In this document: piece by piece, positions 12,601 to 28,400 of the stretch
Position numbering within the stretch: position 1 is the first letter of the stretch
How the letters are laid out: the number at the start of each line of letters is the position of its first letter
From: Auanema rhodensis
Lineage: Eukaryota; Animalia; Nematoda
Assembly (NCBI GenBank): GCA_964057225.1
Contig: OZ059895.1
Span: forward strand, 11,408,001 to 11,472,000
Length of the DNA: 64,000 nucleotides
Reading direction: 5' to 3'
The notes under the pieces: model-generated
Database searches by the model: none
The model's input: the letters and a program-made list of their open reading frames with translations, nothing else
What the model was told of the DNA's origin: nothing
Made by a program: the position numbers and the translations under genes

Positions 12601-15600
12601 AAAGAAACATTGTTTAAACACTATACAACTGTGAAACCTTTTTTAATTTCTTGTATTTGGAACTCATAAGATTTGATATCATCGAGGGATCCAGATAGAA
12701 CGTGGAAAATTACGTAACTAACATGAAATTGGAAAAAACTATAACGAGGATAAGTATGTGAATCATTGAATATCAGATATTTTCGCTTAGGACCATACCA
12801 CGTTGAAAGTACGCCATGCTGCTGATTTTCAATTTTAACTCTTTTGTAACAAATGTTTTCAATTTTCAAGCAGTTTTACTCAGATAGCTTAACCCAAGGC
12901 AGCAAATTATCTTCAATATTATTTCTATCTTACAGTTATAAACCAATAGTTAATGAACCATCATCTTACCTTTACTGTTTCTATCTATTTCCTATCGAAA
13001 CCAACTTTGTTCAAAAACTATACAACTGTGAAACCTTTTTTAATTTCTTGTATTTGAAGCTCATAAGATTTGATATCATCGAGGGATCCAGATAGAACGT
13101 GGAAAATTACATAACTAACATGAAATTGGAAAAAACTATAACGAGGATAAGTATGTCAATCATTGAATATCAGATGTTTTCGCTTAGGACCATACCACGT
13201 TGAAAGTACGCCATGCCGCTGATTTTCGATTTTAACTCTTTTGTAACAAATGTTTTCAATTTTCAAGCAGTTTTACTTAGATAGCTCAACCCAAGGCAGC
13301 AAATTATCTTCAATCTTATTTCTATCTTACAGTTATAAACCATTAGTTAATGAACCATCATCTTACCTTTACTATTTCTATCTATTTCCTATCAAAACCA
13401 ACTTTGTTCAAACACTATACAACTGAGAAGCCTTTTTTAATTTCTTGTATTTGGAGCTCATAAGATTTGATATCATTGAGGGATCCAGATAGAACGTGGA
13501 AAATTACGTAACTAACATGAAATTGGAAAAAACTATAACGAGGATAAGTATGTGAATCATTGAATATCAGATATTTTCGCTTAGGACCATACCACGTTGA
13601 AAGTACGCCATGCCGCTGATTTTCAATTTTAACTCTTCTGTATTAAATGTTTTCAATTTTCAAGCAGTTTTACTCAGATAGCTTAACCCTAGGCAGCAAA
13701 TTATCTTCAATATTATTTCTATCTTACAGTTATAAACCAATAGTTAATGAACCATCATCTTACCTTTACTGTTTCTATCTATTTCCTATCGAGAGCAACT
13801 TTGTTCAAACACTATACAACTGTGAAACCTTTTTTAATTTCTTGTATTTGGAGCTCATAAGATTTGATATCATTGAGGGATCCAGATAGAATGTGGAAAA
13901 TTACATAACTAACATGAAATTGGGAAAAAATTATGACGAGGATAAGTATGTGAAACATTGAATATCAGATATTTTCGCTTAGGACCATACCACGTTGAAA
14001 GTACGGCATGCGGCTGATTTTCAATTTTAACTCTTCTGTAACAAATGTTTGAATTTTCAAGCAGTTTTACTTAGATAGCTCAACCCAAGGCAGCAAATTA
14101 TCTTCAATCTTATTTCTATCTCACAGTTATAAACCATTAGTTAATGAACCATCATCTTACCTTCACTGTTTCTATCTATTTTCTATCAAAAGAAACATTG
14201 TTTAAACACTATACAACTGTGAAACCTTTTTTAATTTCTTGTATTTGGAACTCATAAGATTTGATATCATCGAGGGATCCAGATAGAACGTGGAAAATTA
14301 CGTAACTAACATGAAATTGGAAAAAACTATAACGAGGATAAGTATGTGAATCATTGAATATCAGATATTTTCGCTTAGGACCATACCACGTTGAAAGTAC
14401 GCCATGCCGCTGATTTTCAATTTTAACTCTTTTGTAACAAATGTTTTCAATTTTCAAGCAGTTTTACTCAGATAGCTTAACCCAAGGCAGCAAATTATCT
14501 TCAATATTATTTCTATCTTACAGTTATAAACCAATAGTTAATGAACCATCATCTTACCTTTACTGTTTCTATCTATTTCCTATCGAAACCAACTTTGTTC
14601 AAAAACTATACAACTGTGAAACCTTTTTTAATTTCTTGTATTTGAAGCTCATAAGATTTGATATCATCGAGGGATCCAGATAGAACGTGGAAAATTACAT
14701 AACTAACATGAAATTGGAAAAAACTATAACGAGGATAAGTATGTCAATCATTGAATATCAGATATTTTCGCTTAGGACCATACCACGTTGAAAGTACGCC
14801 ATGCCGCTGATTTTCGATTTTAACTCTTTTGTAACAAATGTTTTCAATTTTCAAGCAGTTTTACTTAGATAGCTCAACCCAAGGCAGCAATTTATCTTCA
14901 ATATTATTTCTATCTTACAGTTATAAACCAATAGTTAATGAACCATCATCTTACCCTTACCGTTTCTATCTATTTCCTATCGAAACCAACTTTGTTCAAA
15001 AACTATACAACTGTGAAACCTTTTTTAATTTCTTGTATTTGAAGCTCATAAGATTTGATATCATTAAGGGATCCAGATAGAACGTGGAAAATTACATAAC
15101 TAACATGAAATTGGGAAAACATTATAACGAGGATAAGTATGTAAATCATTGAATATCAGATATTTTTGCTTACAACTATACCACGTTGTAAGTACGCCAT
15201 GCCGCTGATTTTCAATTTTAACTCTTTTGTAACATATGTTTTCAATTTTCAAGCAGTTTTACTTAGATAGCTCAACCCAAGGCAGCAAATTATCTTCAAT
15301 CTTATTTCTATCTTACAGTTATAAACCATTAGTTAATGAACCATCATCTTACCTTTACTATTTCTATCTATTTCCTATCAAAACCAACTTTGTTCAAACA
15401 CTATACAACTGAGAAGCCTTTTTTAATTTCTTGTATTTGGAGCTCATAAGATTTGATATCATTGAGGGATCCAGATAGAACGTGGAAAATTACGTAACTA
15501 ACATGAAATTGGAAAAAACTATAACGAGGATAAGTATGTGAATCATTGAATATCAGATATTTTCGCTTAGGACCATACCACGTTGAAAGTACGCCATGCC

Positions 15601-16400
15601 GCTGATTTTCAATTTTAACTCTTCTGTATTAAATGTTTTCAATTTTCAAGCAGTTTTACTCAGATAGCTTAACCCTAGGCAGCAAATTATCTTCAATATT
15701 ATTTCTATCTTACAGTTATAAACCAATAGTTAATGAACCATCATCTTACCTTTACTGTTTCTATCTATTTCCTATCGAGAGCAACTTTGTTCAAACACTA
15801 TACAACTGTGAAACCTTTTTTAATTTCTTGTATTTGGAGCTCATAAGATTTGATATCATTGAGGGATCCAGATAGAATGTGGAAAATTACATAACTAACA
15901 TGAAATTGGGAAAAAATTATGACGAGGATAAGTATGTGAAACATTGAATATCAGATATTTTCGCTTAGGACCATACCACGTTGAAAGTACGGCATGCGGC
16001 TGATTTTCAATTTTAACTCTTCTGTAACAAATGTTTGAATTTTCAAGCAGTTTTACTTAGATAGCTCAACCCAAGGCAGCAAATTATCTTCAATCTTATT
16101 TCTATCTTACAGTTATAAACCATTAGTTAATGAACCATCATCTTACCTTCACTGTTTCTATCTATTTTCTATCAAAAGAAACATTGTTTAAACACTATAC
16201 AACTGTGAAACCTTTTTTAATTTCTTGTATTTGAAGCTCATAAGATTTGATATCATTAAGGGATCCAGATAGAACGTGGAAAATTACGTAACTAACATGA
16301 AATTGGAAAAAACTATAACGAGGATAAGTATGTCAATCATTGAATATCAGATATTTTCGCTTAGGACCATACCACGTTGAAAGTACGCCATGCCGCTGAT
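9680..16400 (+). repeat. Local 4-mer/5-mer higher-order repeat (1588/1984/1986 bp)
   Basis: The monomer type with TGTATTAAATG/CCCTAGG/GAGAGC recurs at 10075, 11663, 13647 and 15633, each time with similar neighbours. Private variants are duplicated at about 1984 bp. Confidence 0.85.
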
Positions 16401-19400
16401 TCTCGATTTTAACTCTTTTGTAACAAATGTTTTCAATTTTCAAGCAGTTTTACTTAGATAGCTCAACCCAAGGCAGCAATTTATCTTCAATATTATTTCT
16501 ATCTTACAGTTATAAACCAATAGTTAATGAACCATCATCTTACCCTTACCGTTTCTATCTATTTCCTATCGAAACCAACTTTGTTCAAAAACTATACAAC
16601 TGTGAAACCTTTTTTAATTTCTTGTATTTGAAGCTCATAAGATTTGATATCATTAAGGGATCCAGATAGAACGTGGAAAATTACATAACTAACATGAAAT
16701 TGGGGAAACATTATAACGAGGATAAGTATGTAAATCATTGAATATCAGATATTTTTGCTTACAACTATACCACGTTGTAAGTACGCCATGCCGCTGATTT
16801 TCAATTTTAACTCTTTTGTAACATATGTTTTCAATTTTCAAGCAGTTTTACTTAGATAGCTCAACCCAAGGCAGCAATTCATCTTCAATATTATTTCTAT
16901 CTTACAGTTATAAACCAATAGTTAATGAACCATCATCTTACCCTTACCGTTTCTATCTATTTCATATCGAAACCAACTTTGTTCAAAAACTATACAACTG
17001 TGAAACCTTTTTTAATTTCTTGTATTTGGAGCTCATAAGATTTGATATCATTAAGGGATCCAGATAGAACGTGGAAAATTACATAACTAACATGAAATTG
17101 GGAAAAAATTATAACGAGGATAAGTATGTATATCATTGAATATCAGATATTTTTGCTTACAACTATACCACGTTGTAAGTACGCCATGCCGCTGATTTTC
17201 AATTTTAACTCTTTTGTAACAAATGTTTTCAATTTTCAAGCAGTTTTACTTAGATAGCTCAACCCAAGGCAGCAATTCATCTTCAATATTATTTCTATCT
17301 TACAGTTATAAACCAATAGTTAATGAACCATCATCTTACCCTTACCGTTTCTATCTATTTCATATCGAAACCAACTTTGTTCAAAAACTATACAACTGTG
17401 AAACCTTTTTTAATTTCTTGTATTTGGAGCTCATAAGATTTGATATCATTAAGGGATCCAGATAGAACGTGGAAAATTACATAACTAACATGAAATTGGG
17501 AAAAAATTATAACGAGGATAAGTATGTGAAACATTGAATATCAGATATTTTTGCTTAGGACCATACCACGTTGAAAGTACGGCATGCGGCTGATTTTCAA
17601 TTTTAACTCTTCTGTAACAAATGTTTTCAATTTTCAACAGTTTTACTTAGATAGCTCAACCCAAGGCAGCAAATTATCTTCAATCTTATTTCTATCTTAC
17701 AGTTATAAACCATTAGTTAATGAACCATCATCTTACCTTTACTATTTCTATCTATTTCCTATCAAAACCAACTTTGTTCAAACACTATACAACTGAGAAG
17801 CCTTTTTTAATTTCTTGTATTTGGAGCTCATAAGATTTGATATCATTGAGGGATCCTGATAGAACGTGGAAAATTACGTAACTAACATGAAATTGGAAAA
17901 AACTATAACGAGGATAAGTATGTGAATCATTGAATATCAGATATTTTCGCTTAGGACCATACCACGTTCAAAGTACGCCATGCCGCTGATTTTCAATTTT
18001 AACTCTTCTGTATTAAATGTTTTCAATTTTCAAGCAGTTTTACTCAGATAGCTTAACCCTAGGCAGCAAATTATCTTCAATATTATTTCTATCTTACAGT
18101 TATAAACCAATAGTTAATGAACCATCATCTTACCTTTACTGTTTCTATCTATTTCCTATCGAAAGCAACTTTGTTCAAACACTATACAACTGTGAAACCT
18201 TTTTTAATTTCTTGTATTTGGAGCTCATAAGATTTGATATCATTAAGGGATCCAGATAGAACGTGGAAAATTACATAACTAACAAGAAATTGGGAAAAAA
18301 TTATAACGAGGATAAGTATGTAAATCATTGAATATCAGATATTTTTGCTTACAACTATACCACGTTGTAAGTACGCCATGCCGCTGATTTTCAATTTCAA
18401 CTCTTTTGTAACAAATGTTTTCAATTTTCAAGCAGTTTTACTTAGATAGCTCAACCCAAGGCAGCAATTCATCTTCAATATTATTTCTATCTTACAGTTA
18501 TAAACCAATAGTTAATGAACCATCATCTTACCCTTACCGTTTCTATCTATTTCATATCAAAACCAACTTTGTTCAAAAACTATACAACTGTGAAACCTTT
18601 TTTAATTTCTTGTATTTGGAGCTCATAAGATTTGATATCATTAAGGGATCCAGATAAAACGTGGAAAATTACATAACTAACATGAAATTGGGAAAAAATT
18701 ATAACGAGGATAAGTATGTGAAACATTGAATATCAGATATTTTCGCTTAGGACCATACCACGTTGAAAGTACGGCATGCGGCTGATTTTCAATTTTAACT
18801 CTTCTGTAACAAATGTTTGAATTTTCAAGCAGTTTTACTTAGATAGCTCAACCCAAGGCAGCAAATTATCTTCAATCTTATTTCTATCTTACAGTTATAA
18901 ACCATTAGTTAATGAACCATCATCTTACCTTCACTGTTTCTATCTATTTTCTATCAAAAGAAACATTGTTTAAACACTATACAACTGTGAAACCTTTTTT
19001 AATTTTTTGTATTTGGAACTCATAAGATTTGATATCATCGAGGGATCCAGATAGAACGTGGAAAATTACATAACTAACATGAAATTGGGAAAAAATTATA
19101 ACGAGGATAAGTATGTGAAACATTGAATATCAGATATTTTCGCTTAGGACCATACCACGTTGAAAGTACGGCATGCGGCTGATTTTCAATTTTAACTCTT
19201 CTGTAACAAATGTTTTCAATTTTCAAGCAGTTTTACTTAGATAGCTCAACCCAAGGCAGCAAATTATCTTCAATCTTATTTCTATCTTACAGTTATAAAC
19301 CATTAGTTAATGAACCATCATCTTACCTTTACTATTTCTATCTATTTCCTATCAAAACCAACTTTGTTCAAACACTATACAACTGAGAAGCCTTTTTTAA

Positions 19401-22400
19401 TTTCTTGTATTTGGAGCTCATAAGATTTGATATCATTGAGGGATCCAGATAGAACGTGGAAAATTACGTAACTAACATGAAATTGGAAAAAACTATAACG
19501 AGGATAAGTATGTGAATCATTGAATATCAGATATTTTCGCTTAGGACCATACCACGTTGAAAGTACGCCATGCCGCTGATTTTCAATTTTAACTCTTCTG
19601 TATTAAATGTTTTCAATTTTCAAGCAGTTTTACTCAGATAGCTTAACCCTAGGCAGCAAATTATCTTCAATATTATTTCTATCTTACAGTTATAAACCAA
19701 TAGTTAATGAACCATCATCTTACCTTTACTGTTTCTATCTATTTCCTATCGAGAGCAACTTTGTTCAAACACTATACAACTGTGAAACCTTTTTTAATTT
19801 CTTGTATTTGGAGCTCATAAGATTTGATATCATTGAGGGATCCAGATAGAATGTGGAAAATTACATAACTAACATGAAATTGGGAAAAAATTATGACGAG
19901 GATAAGTATGTGAAACATTGAATATCAGATATTTTCGCTTAGGACCATACCACGTTGAAAGTACGGCATGCGGCTGATTTTCAATTTTAACTCTTCTGTA
20001 ACAAATGTTTGAATTTTCAAGCAGTTTTACTTAGATAGCTCAACCCAAGGCAGCAAAATATCTTCAATCTTATTTCTATCTTACAGTTATAAACCATTAG
20101 TTAATGAACCATCATCTTACCTTCACTGTTTCTATCTATTTTCTATCAAAAGAAACATTGTTTAAACACTATACAACTGTGAAACCTTTTTTAATTTCTT
20201 GTATTTGGAACTCATAAGATTTGATATCATCGAGGGATCCAGATAGAACGTGGAAAATTACGTAACTAACATGAAATTGGAAAAAACTATAACGAGGATA
20301 AGTATGTGAATCATTGAATATCAGATATTTTCGCTTAGGACCATACCACGTTGAAAGTACGCCATGCCGCTGATTTTCAATTTTAACTCTTTTGTAACAA
20401 ATGTTTTCAATTTTCAAGCAGTTTTACTCAGATAGCTTAACCCAAGGCAGCAAATTATCTTCAATATTATTTCTATCTTACAGTTATAAACCAATAGTTA
20501 ATGAACCATCATCTTACCTTTACTGTTTCTATCTATTTCCTATCGAAACCAACTTTGTTCAAAAACTATACAACTGTGAAACCTTTTTTAATTTCTTGTA
20601 TTTGGAACTCATAAGATTTGATATCATCGAGGGATCCAGATAGAACGTGGAAAATTACGTAACTAACATGAAATTGGAAAAAACTATAACGAGGATAAGT
20701 ATGTGAATCATTGAATATCAGATATTTTCGCTTAGGACCATACCACGTTGAAAGTACGCCATGCCGCTGATTTTCAATTTTAACTCTTTTGTAACAAATG
20801 TTTTCAATTTTCAAGCAGTTTTACTCAGATAGCTTAACCCAAGGCAGCAAATTATCTTCAATATTATTTCTATCTTACAGTTATAAACCAATAGTTAATG
20901 AACCATCATCTTACCTTTACTGTTTCTATCTATTTCCTATCGAAACCAACTTTGTTCAAAAACTATACAACTGTGAAACCTTTTTTAATTTCTTGTATTT
21001 GAAGCTCATAAGATTTGATATCATTAAGGGATCCAGATAGAACGTGGAAAATTACGTAACTAACATGAAATTGGAAAAAACTATAACGAGGATAAGTATG
21101 TCAATCATTGAATATCAGATATTTTCGCTTAGGACCATACCACGTTGAAAGTACGCCATGCCGCTGATTTTCGATTTTAACTCTTTTGTAACAAATGTTT
21201 TCAATTTTCAAGCAGTTTTACTTAGATAGCTCAACCCAAGGCAGCAATTTATCTTCAATATTATTTCTATCTTACAGTTATAAACCAATAGTTAATGAAC
21301 CATCATCTTACCCTTACCGTTTCTATCTCTTTCCTATCGAAACCAACTTTGTTCAAAAACTATACAACTGTGAAACCTTTTTTAATTTCTTGTATTTGAA
21401 GCTCATAAGATTTGATATCATTAAGGGATCCAGATAGAACGTGGAAAATTACATAACTAACATGAAATTGGGAAAAAATTATAACGAGGATAAGTATGTA
21501 AATCATTGAATATCAGATATTTTTGCTTACAACTATACCACGTTGTAAGTACGCCATGCCGCTGATTTTCAATTTTAACTCTTTTGTAACATATGTTTTC
21601 AATTTTCAAGCAGTTTTACTTAGATAGCTCAACCCAAGGCAGCAATTCATCTTCAATATTATTTCTATTTTACAGTTATAAACCAATAGTTAATGAACCA
21701 TCATCTTACCCTTACCGTTTCTATCTATTTCATATCGAAACCAACTTTGTTCAAAAACTATACAACTGTGAAACCTTTTTTAATTTCTTGTATTTGGAGC
21801 TCATAAGATTTGATATCATTAAGGGATCCAGATAGAACGTGGAAAATTACATAACTAACATGAAATTGGGAAAAAATTATAACGAGGATAAGTATGTAAA
21901 TCATTGAATATCAGATATTTTTGCTTACAACTATACCACGTTGTAAGTACGCCATGCCGCTGATTTTCAATTTTAACTCTTTTGTAACAAATGTTTTCAA
22001 TTTTCAAGCAGTTTTACTTAGATAGCTCAACCCAAGGCAGCAATTCATCTTCAATATTATTTCTATCTTACAGTTATAAACCAATAGTTAATGAACCATC
22101 ATCTTACCCTTACCGTTTCTATCTATTTCATATCAAAACCAACTTTGTTCAAAAACTATACAACTGTGAAACCTTTTTTAATTTCTTGTATTTGGAGCTC
22201 ATAAGATTTGATATCATTAAGGGATCCAGATAGAACGTGGAAAATTACATAACTAACATGAAATTGGGAAAAAATTATAACGAGGATAAGTATGTGAAAC
22301 ATTGAATATCAGATATTTTCGCTTAGGACCATACCACGTTGAAAGTACGGCATGCGGCTGATTTTCAATTTTAACTCTTCTGTAACAAATGTTTTCAATT

Positions 22401-25400
22401 TTCAAGCAGTTTTACTTAGATAGCTTAACCCAAGGCAGCAAATTATCTTCAATCTTATTTCTATCTTACAGTTATAAACCATTAGTTAATGAACCATCAT
22501 CTTACCTTTACTATTTCTATCTATTTCCTATCAAAACCAACTTTGTTCAAACACTATACAACTGAGAAGCCTTTTTTAATTTCTTGTATTTGGAGCTCAT
22601 AAGATTTGATATCATTGAGGGATCCAGATAGAACGTGGAAAATTACGTAACTAACATGAAATTGGAAAAAACTATAACGAGGATAAGTATGTGAATCATT
22701 GAATATCAGATATTTTCGCTTAGGACCATACCACGTTGAAAGTACGCCATGCCGCTGATTTTCAATTTTAACTCTTTTGTAACAAATGTTTTCAATTTTC
22801 AAGCAGTTTTACTCAGATAGCTTAACCCAAGGCAGCAAATTATCTTCAATATTATTTCTATCTTACAGTTATAAACCAATAGTTAATGAACCATCATCTT
22901 ACCTTCACTGTTTCTATCTATTTTCTATCAAAAGAAACATTGTTTAAACACTATACAACTGTGAAACCTTTTTTAATTTCTTGTATTTGGAACTCATAAG
23001 ATTTGATATCATCGAGGGATCCAGATAGAACGTGGAAAATTAGGTAACTAACATGAAATTGGAAAAAACTATAACGAGGATAAGTATGTGAATCATTGAA
23101 TATCAGATATTTTCGCTTAGGACCATACCACGTTGAAAGTACGCCATGCCGCTGATTTTCAATTTTAACCCTTTTGTAACAAATGTTTTCAATTTTCAAG
23201 CAGTTTTACTCAGATAGCTTAACCCAAGGCAGCAAATTATCTTCAATATTATTTCTATCTTACAGTTATAAACCAATAGTTAATGAACCATCATCTTACC
23301 TTTACTGTTTCTATCTATTTCCTATCGAAACCAACTTTGTTCAAAAACTATACAACTGTGAAACCTTTTTTAATTTCTTGTATTTGAAGCTCATAAGATT
23401 TGATATCATTAAGGGATCCAGATAGAACGTGGAAAATTACGTAACTAACATGAAATTGGAAAAAACTATAACGAGGATAAGTATGTCAATCATTGAATAT
23501 CAGATATTTTCGCTTAGGACCATACCACGTTGAAAGTACGCCATGCCGCTGATTTTCGATTTTAACTCTTTTGTAACAAATGTTTTCAATTTTCAAGCAG
23601 TTTTACTTAGATAGCTCAACCCAAGGCAGCAATTTATCTTCAATATTATTTCTATCTTACAGTTATAAACCAATAGTTAATGAACCATCATCTTACCCTT
23701 ACCGTTTCTATCTATTTCCTATCGAAACCAACTTTGTTCAAAAACTATACAACTGTGAAACCTTTTTTAATTTCTTGTATTTGAAGCTCATAAGATTTGA
23801 TATCATTAAGGGATCCAGATAGAACGTGGAAAATTACATAACTAACATGAAATTGGGAAAAACTATAACGAGGATAAGTATGTCAATCATTGAATATCAG
23901 ATATTTTCGCTTAGGACCATACCACGTTGAAAGTACGCCATGCCGCTGATTTTCGATTTTAACTCTTTTGTAACAAATGTTTTCAATTTTCAAGCAGTTT
24001 TACTTAGATAGCTCAACCCAAGGCAGCAATTTATCTTCAATATTATTTCTATCTTACAGTTATAAACCAATAGTTAATGAACCATCATCTTACCCTTACC
24101 GTTTCTATCTATTTCCTATCGAAACCAACTTTGTTCAAAAACTATACAACTGTGAAACCTTTTTTAATTTCTTGTATTTGAAGCTCATAAGATTTGATAT
24201 CATTAAGGGATCCAGATAGAACGTGGAAAATTACATAACTAACATGAAATTGGGAAAAAATTATAACGAGGATAAGTATGTAAATCATTGAATATCAGAT
24301 ATTTTTGCTTACAACTATACCACGTTGTAAGTACGCCATGCCGCTGATTTTCAATTTTAACTCTTTTGTAACATATGTTTTCAATTTTCAAGCAGTTTTA
24401 CTTAGATAGCTCAACCCAAGGCAGCAATTCATCTTCAATATTATTTCTATCTTACAGTTATAAACCAATAGTTAATGAACCATCATCTTACCCTTACCGT
24501 TTCTATCTATTTCATATCGAAACCAACTTTGTTCAAAAACTATACAACTGTGAAACCTTTTTTAATTTCTTGTATTTGGAGCTCATAAGATTTGATATCA
24601 TTAAGGGATCCAGATAGAACGTGGAAAATTACATAACTAACATGAAATTGGGAAAAAATTATAACGAGGATAAGTATGTAAATCATTGAATATCAGATAT
24701 TTTTGCTTACAACTATACCACGTTGTAAGTACGCCATGCCGCTGATTTTCGATTTTAACTCTTTTGTAACAAATGTTTTCAATTTTCAAGCAGTTTTACT
24801 TAGATAGCTCAACCCAAGGCAGCAATTTATCTTCAATATTATTTCTATCTTACAGTTATAAACCAATAGTTAATGAACCATCATCTTACCCTTACCGTTT
24901 CTATCTATTTCCTATCGAAACCAACTTTGTTCAAAAACTATACAACTGTGAAACCTTTTTTAATTTCTTGTATTTGAAGCTCATAAGATTTGATATCATT
25001 AAGGGATCCAGATAGAACGTGGAAAATTACATAACTAACATGAAATTGGGAAAAAATTATAACGAGGATAAGTATGTAAATCATTGAATATCAGATATTT
25101 TTGCTTACAACTATACCACGTTGTAAGTACGCCATGCCGCTGATTTTCAATTTTAACTCTTTTGTAACATATGTTTTCAATTTTCAAGCAGTTTTACTTA
25201 GATAGCTCAACCCAAGGCAGCAATTCATCTTCAATATTATTTCTATCTTACAGTTATAAACCAATAGTTAATGAACCATCATCTTACCCTTACCGTTTCT
25301 ATCTATTTCATATCGAAACCAACTTTGTTCAAAAACTATACAACTGTGAAACCTTTTTTAATTTCTTGTATTTGGAGCTCATAAGATTTGATATCATTAA

Positions 25401-28400
25401 GGGATCCAGATAGAACGTGGAAAATTACATAACTAACATGAAATTGGGAAAAAATTATAACGAGGATAAGTATGTATATCATTGAATATCAGATATTTTT
25501 GCTTACAACTATACCACGTTGTAAGTACGCCATGCCGCTGATTTTCAATTTTAACTCTTTTGTAACAAATGTTTTCAATTTTCAAGCAGTTTTACTTAGA
25601 TAGCTCAACCCAAGGCAGCAATTCATCTTCAATATTATTTCTATCTTACAGTTATAAACCAATAGTTAATGAACCATCATCTTACCCTTACCGTTTCTAT
25701 CTATTTCATATCAAAACCAACTTTGTTCAAAAACTATACAACTGTGAAACCTTTTTTAATTTCTTGTATTTGGAGCTCATAAGATTTGATATCATTAAGG
25801 GATCCAGATAGAACGTGGAAAATTACATAACTAACATGAAATTGGGAAAAAATTATAACGAGGATAAGTATGTGAAACATTGAATATCAGATATTTTCGC
25901 TTAGGACCATACCACGTTGTAAGTACGCCATGCCGCTGATTTTCAATTTTAACTCTTTTGTAACAAATGTTTTCAATTTTCAAGCAGTTTTACTTAGATA
26001 GCTCAACCCAAGGCAGCAATTCATCTTCAATATTATTTCTATCTTACAGTTATAAACCATTAGTTAATGAACCATCATCTTACCTTTACTATTTCTATCT
26101 GTTTCCTATCAAAACCAACTTTGTTCAAACACTATACAACTGAGAAGCCTTTTTTAATTTCTTGTATTTGGAGCTCATAAGATTTGATATCATCGAGGGA
26201 TCCAGATAGAACGTGGAAAATTACGTAACTAACATGAAATTGGAAAAAACTATAACGAGGATAAGTATGTAAATCATTGAATATCAGATATTTTCGCTTA
26301 CGACCATACCACGTTTAAAGTACGCCATGCCGCTGATTTTCAATTTTAACTCTTCTGTAACAAATGTTTTCAATTTTCAAGCAGTTTTACTTAGATAGCT
26401 TAACCCAAGGCAGCAAATTATCTTCAATATTATTTCTATCTTACAGTTATAAACCATTAGTTAATGAACCATCATCTTACCTTTACTATTTCTATCTGTT
26501 TCCTATCAAAACCAACTTTGTTCAAACACTATACAACTGAGAAGCCTTTTTTAATTTCTTGTATTTGGAGCTCATAAGATTTGATATCATTGAGGGATCC
26601 AGATAGAACGTAGAAAATTACATAACTAACATGAAATTGGGAAAAAATTATAACCAGGATAAGTATGTGAAACATTGAATATCAGATATTTTCGCTTAGG
26701 ACCATACCACGTTGAAAGTACGGCATGCGGCTGATTTTCAATTTTAACTCTTCTGTAACAAATGTTTTCAATTTTCAAGCAGTTTTACTTAGATAGCTCA
26801 ACCCAAGGCAGCAATTCATCTTCAATATTATTTCTATCTTACAGTTATAAACCAATAGTTAATGAACCATCATCTTACCCTTACCGTTTCTATCTATTTC
26901 ATATCAAAACCAACTTTGTTCAAAAACTATACAACTGTGAAACCTTTTTTAATTTCTTGTATTTGGAGCTCATAAGATTTGATATCATCGAGGGATCCAG
27001 ATAGAACGTGGAAAATTACGTAACTAACATGAAATTGGAAAAAACTATAACGAGGATAAGTATGTGAAACATTGAATATCAGATATTTTCGCTTAGGACC
27101 ATACCACGTTGAAAGTACGGCATGCGGCTGATTTTCAATTTTAACTCTTTTGTAACAAATGTTTTCAATTTTCAAGCAGTTTTACTCAGATAGCTTAACC
27201 CAAGGCAGCAAATTATCTTCAATATTATTTCTATCTTACAGTTATAAACCAATAGTTAATGAACCATCATCTTACCTTTACTGTTTCTATCTATTTCCTA
27301 TCGAAAGCAACTTTGTTCAAACACTATACAACTGTGAAACCTTTTTTAATTTCTTGTATTTGGAGCTCATAAGATTTGATATCATCGAGGGATCCAGATA
27401 GAACGTGGAAAATTACATAACTAATATGAAATTGGGAAAAAATTATAACGAGGATAAGTATGTGAAACATTGAATTTCAGATATTTTCGCTTAGGACCAT
27501 ACCACGTTGAAAGTACGCCATGCCGCTGATTTTCAATTTTAACTCTTTTGTAACAAATGTTTTCAATTTTTAAGCAGTTTTACTTAGATAGCTCAACCCA
27601 AGGCAGCAAATTATCTTCAATCTTATTTCTATCTTACAGTTATAAACCAGTAGTGAATGAACCATCATCTTACCCTTACCGTTTCTATCTATTTCCTATC
27701 GAAACCAATTTTGTTCAAAAACTATACAACTGTGAAACCTTTTTTAATTTCTTGTATTTGTAGCTCATAAGATTTGATATCATTGAGGGATCCAGATAGA
27801 ACGTGGAAAATTACGTAACTAACATGAAATTGGAAAAAACTATAAAGAGGATAAGTATGTAAATCATTGAATATCAGATATTTTTGCTTACAACTATACT
27901 ACGTTGTAAGTACGCCATGCCGCTGATTTTCAATTTTAACTCTTTTGTAACAAATGTTTTCAATTTTCAAGCAGTTTTACTTAGATAGCTCAACCCAAGG
28001 CAGCAATTCATCTTCAATATTATTTCTATCTTACAGTTATAAACCAATAGTTAATGAACCATCATCTTACCCTTACCGTTTCTATCTATTTCATATCGAA
28101 ACCAACTTTGTTCAAAAACTATACAACTGTGAAACCTTTTTTAATTTCTTGTATTTGGAGCTCATAAGATTTGATATCATTAAGGGATCCAGATAGAACG
28201 TGGAAAATTACATAACTAACATGAAATTGGGAAAAAATTGTAACGAGGATAAGTATGTAAATCATTGAATATCAGATGTTTTTGCTTACAACTATACCAC
28301 GTTGTAAGTACGCCATGCCGCTGATTTTCAATTTTAACTCTTTTGTAACAAATGTTTTCAATTTTCAAGCAGTTTTACTTAGATAGCTCAACCCAAGGCA

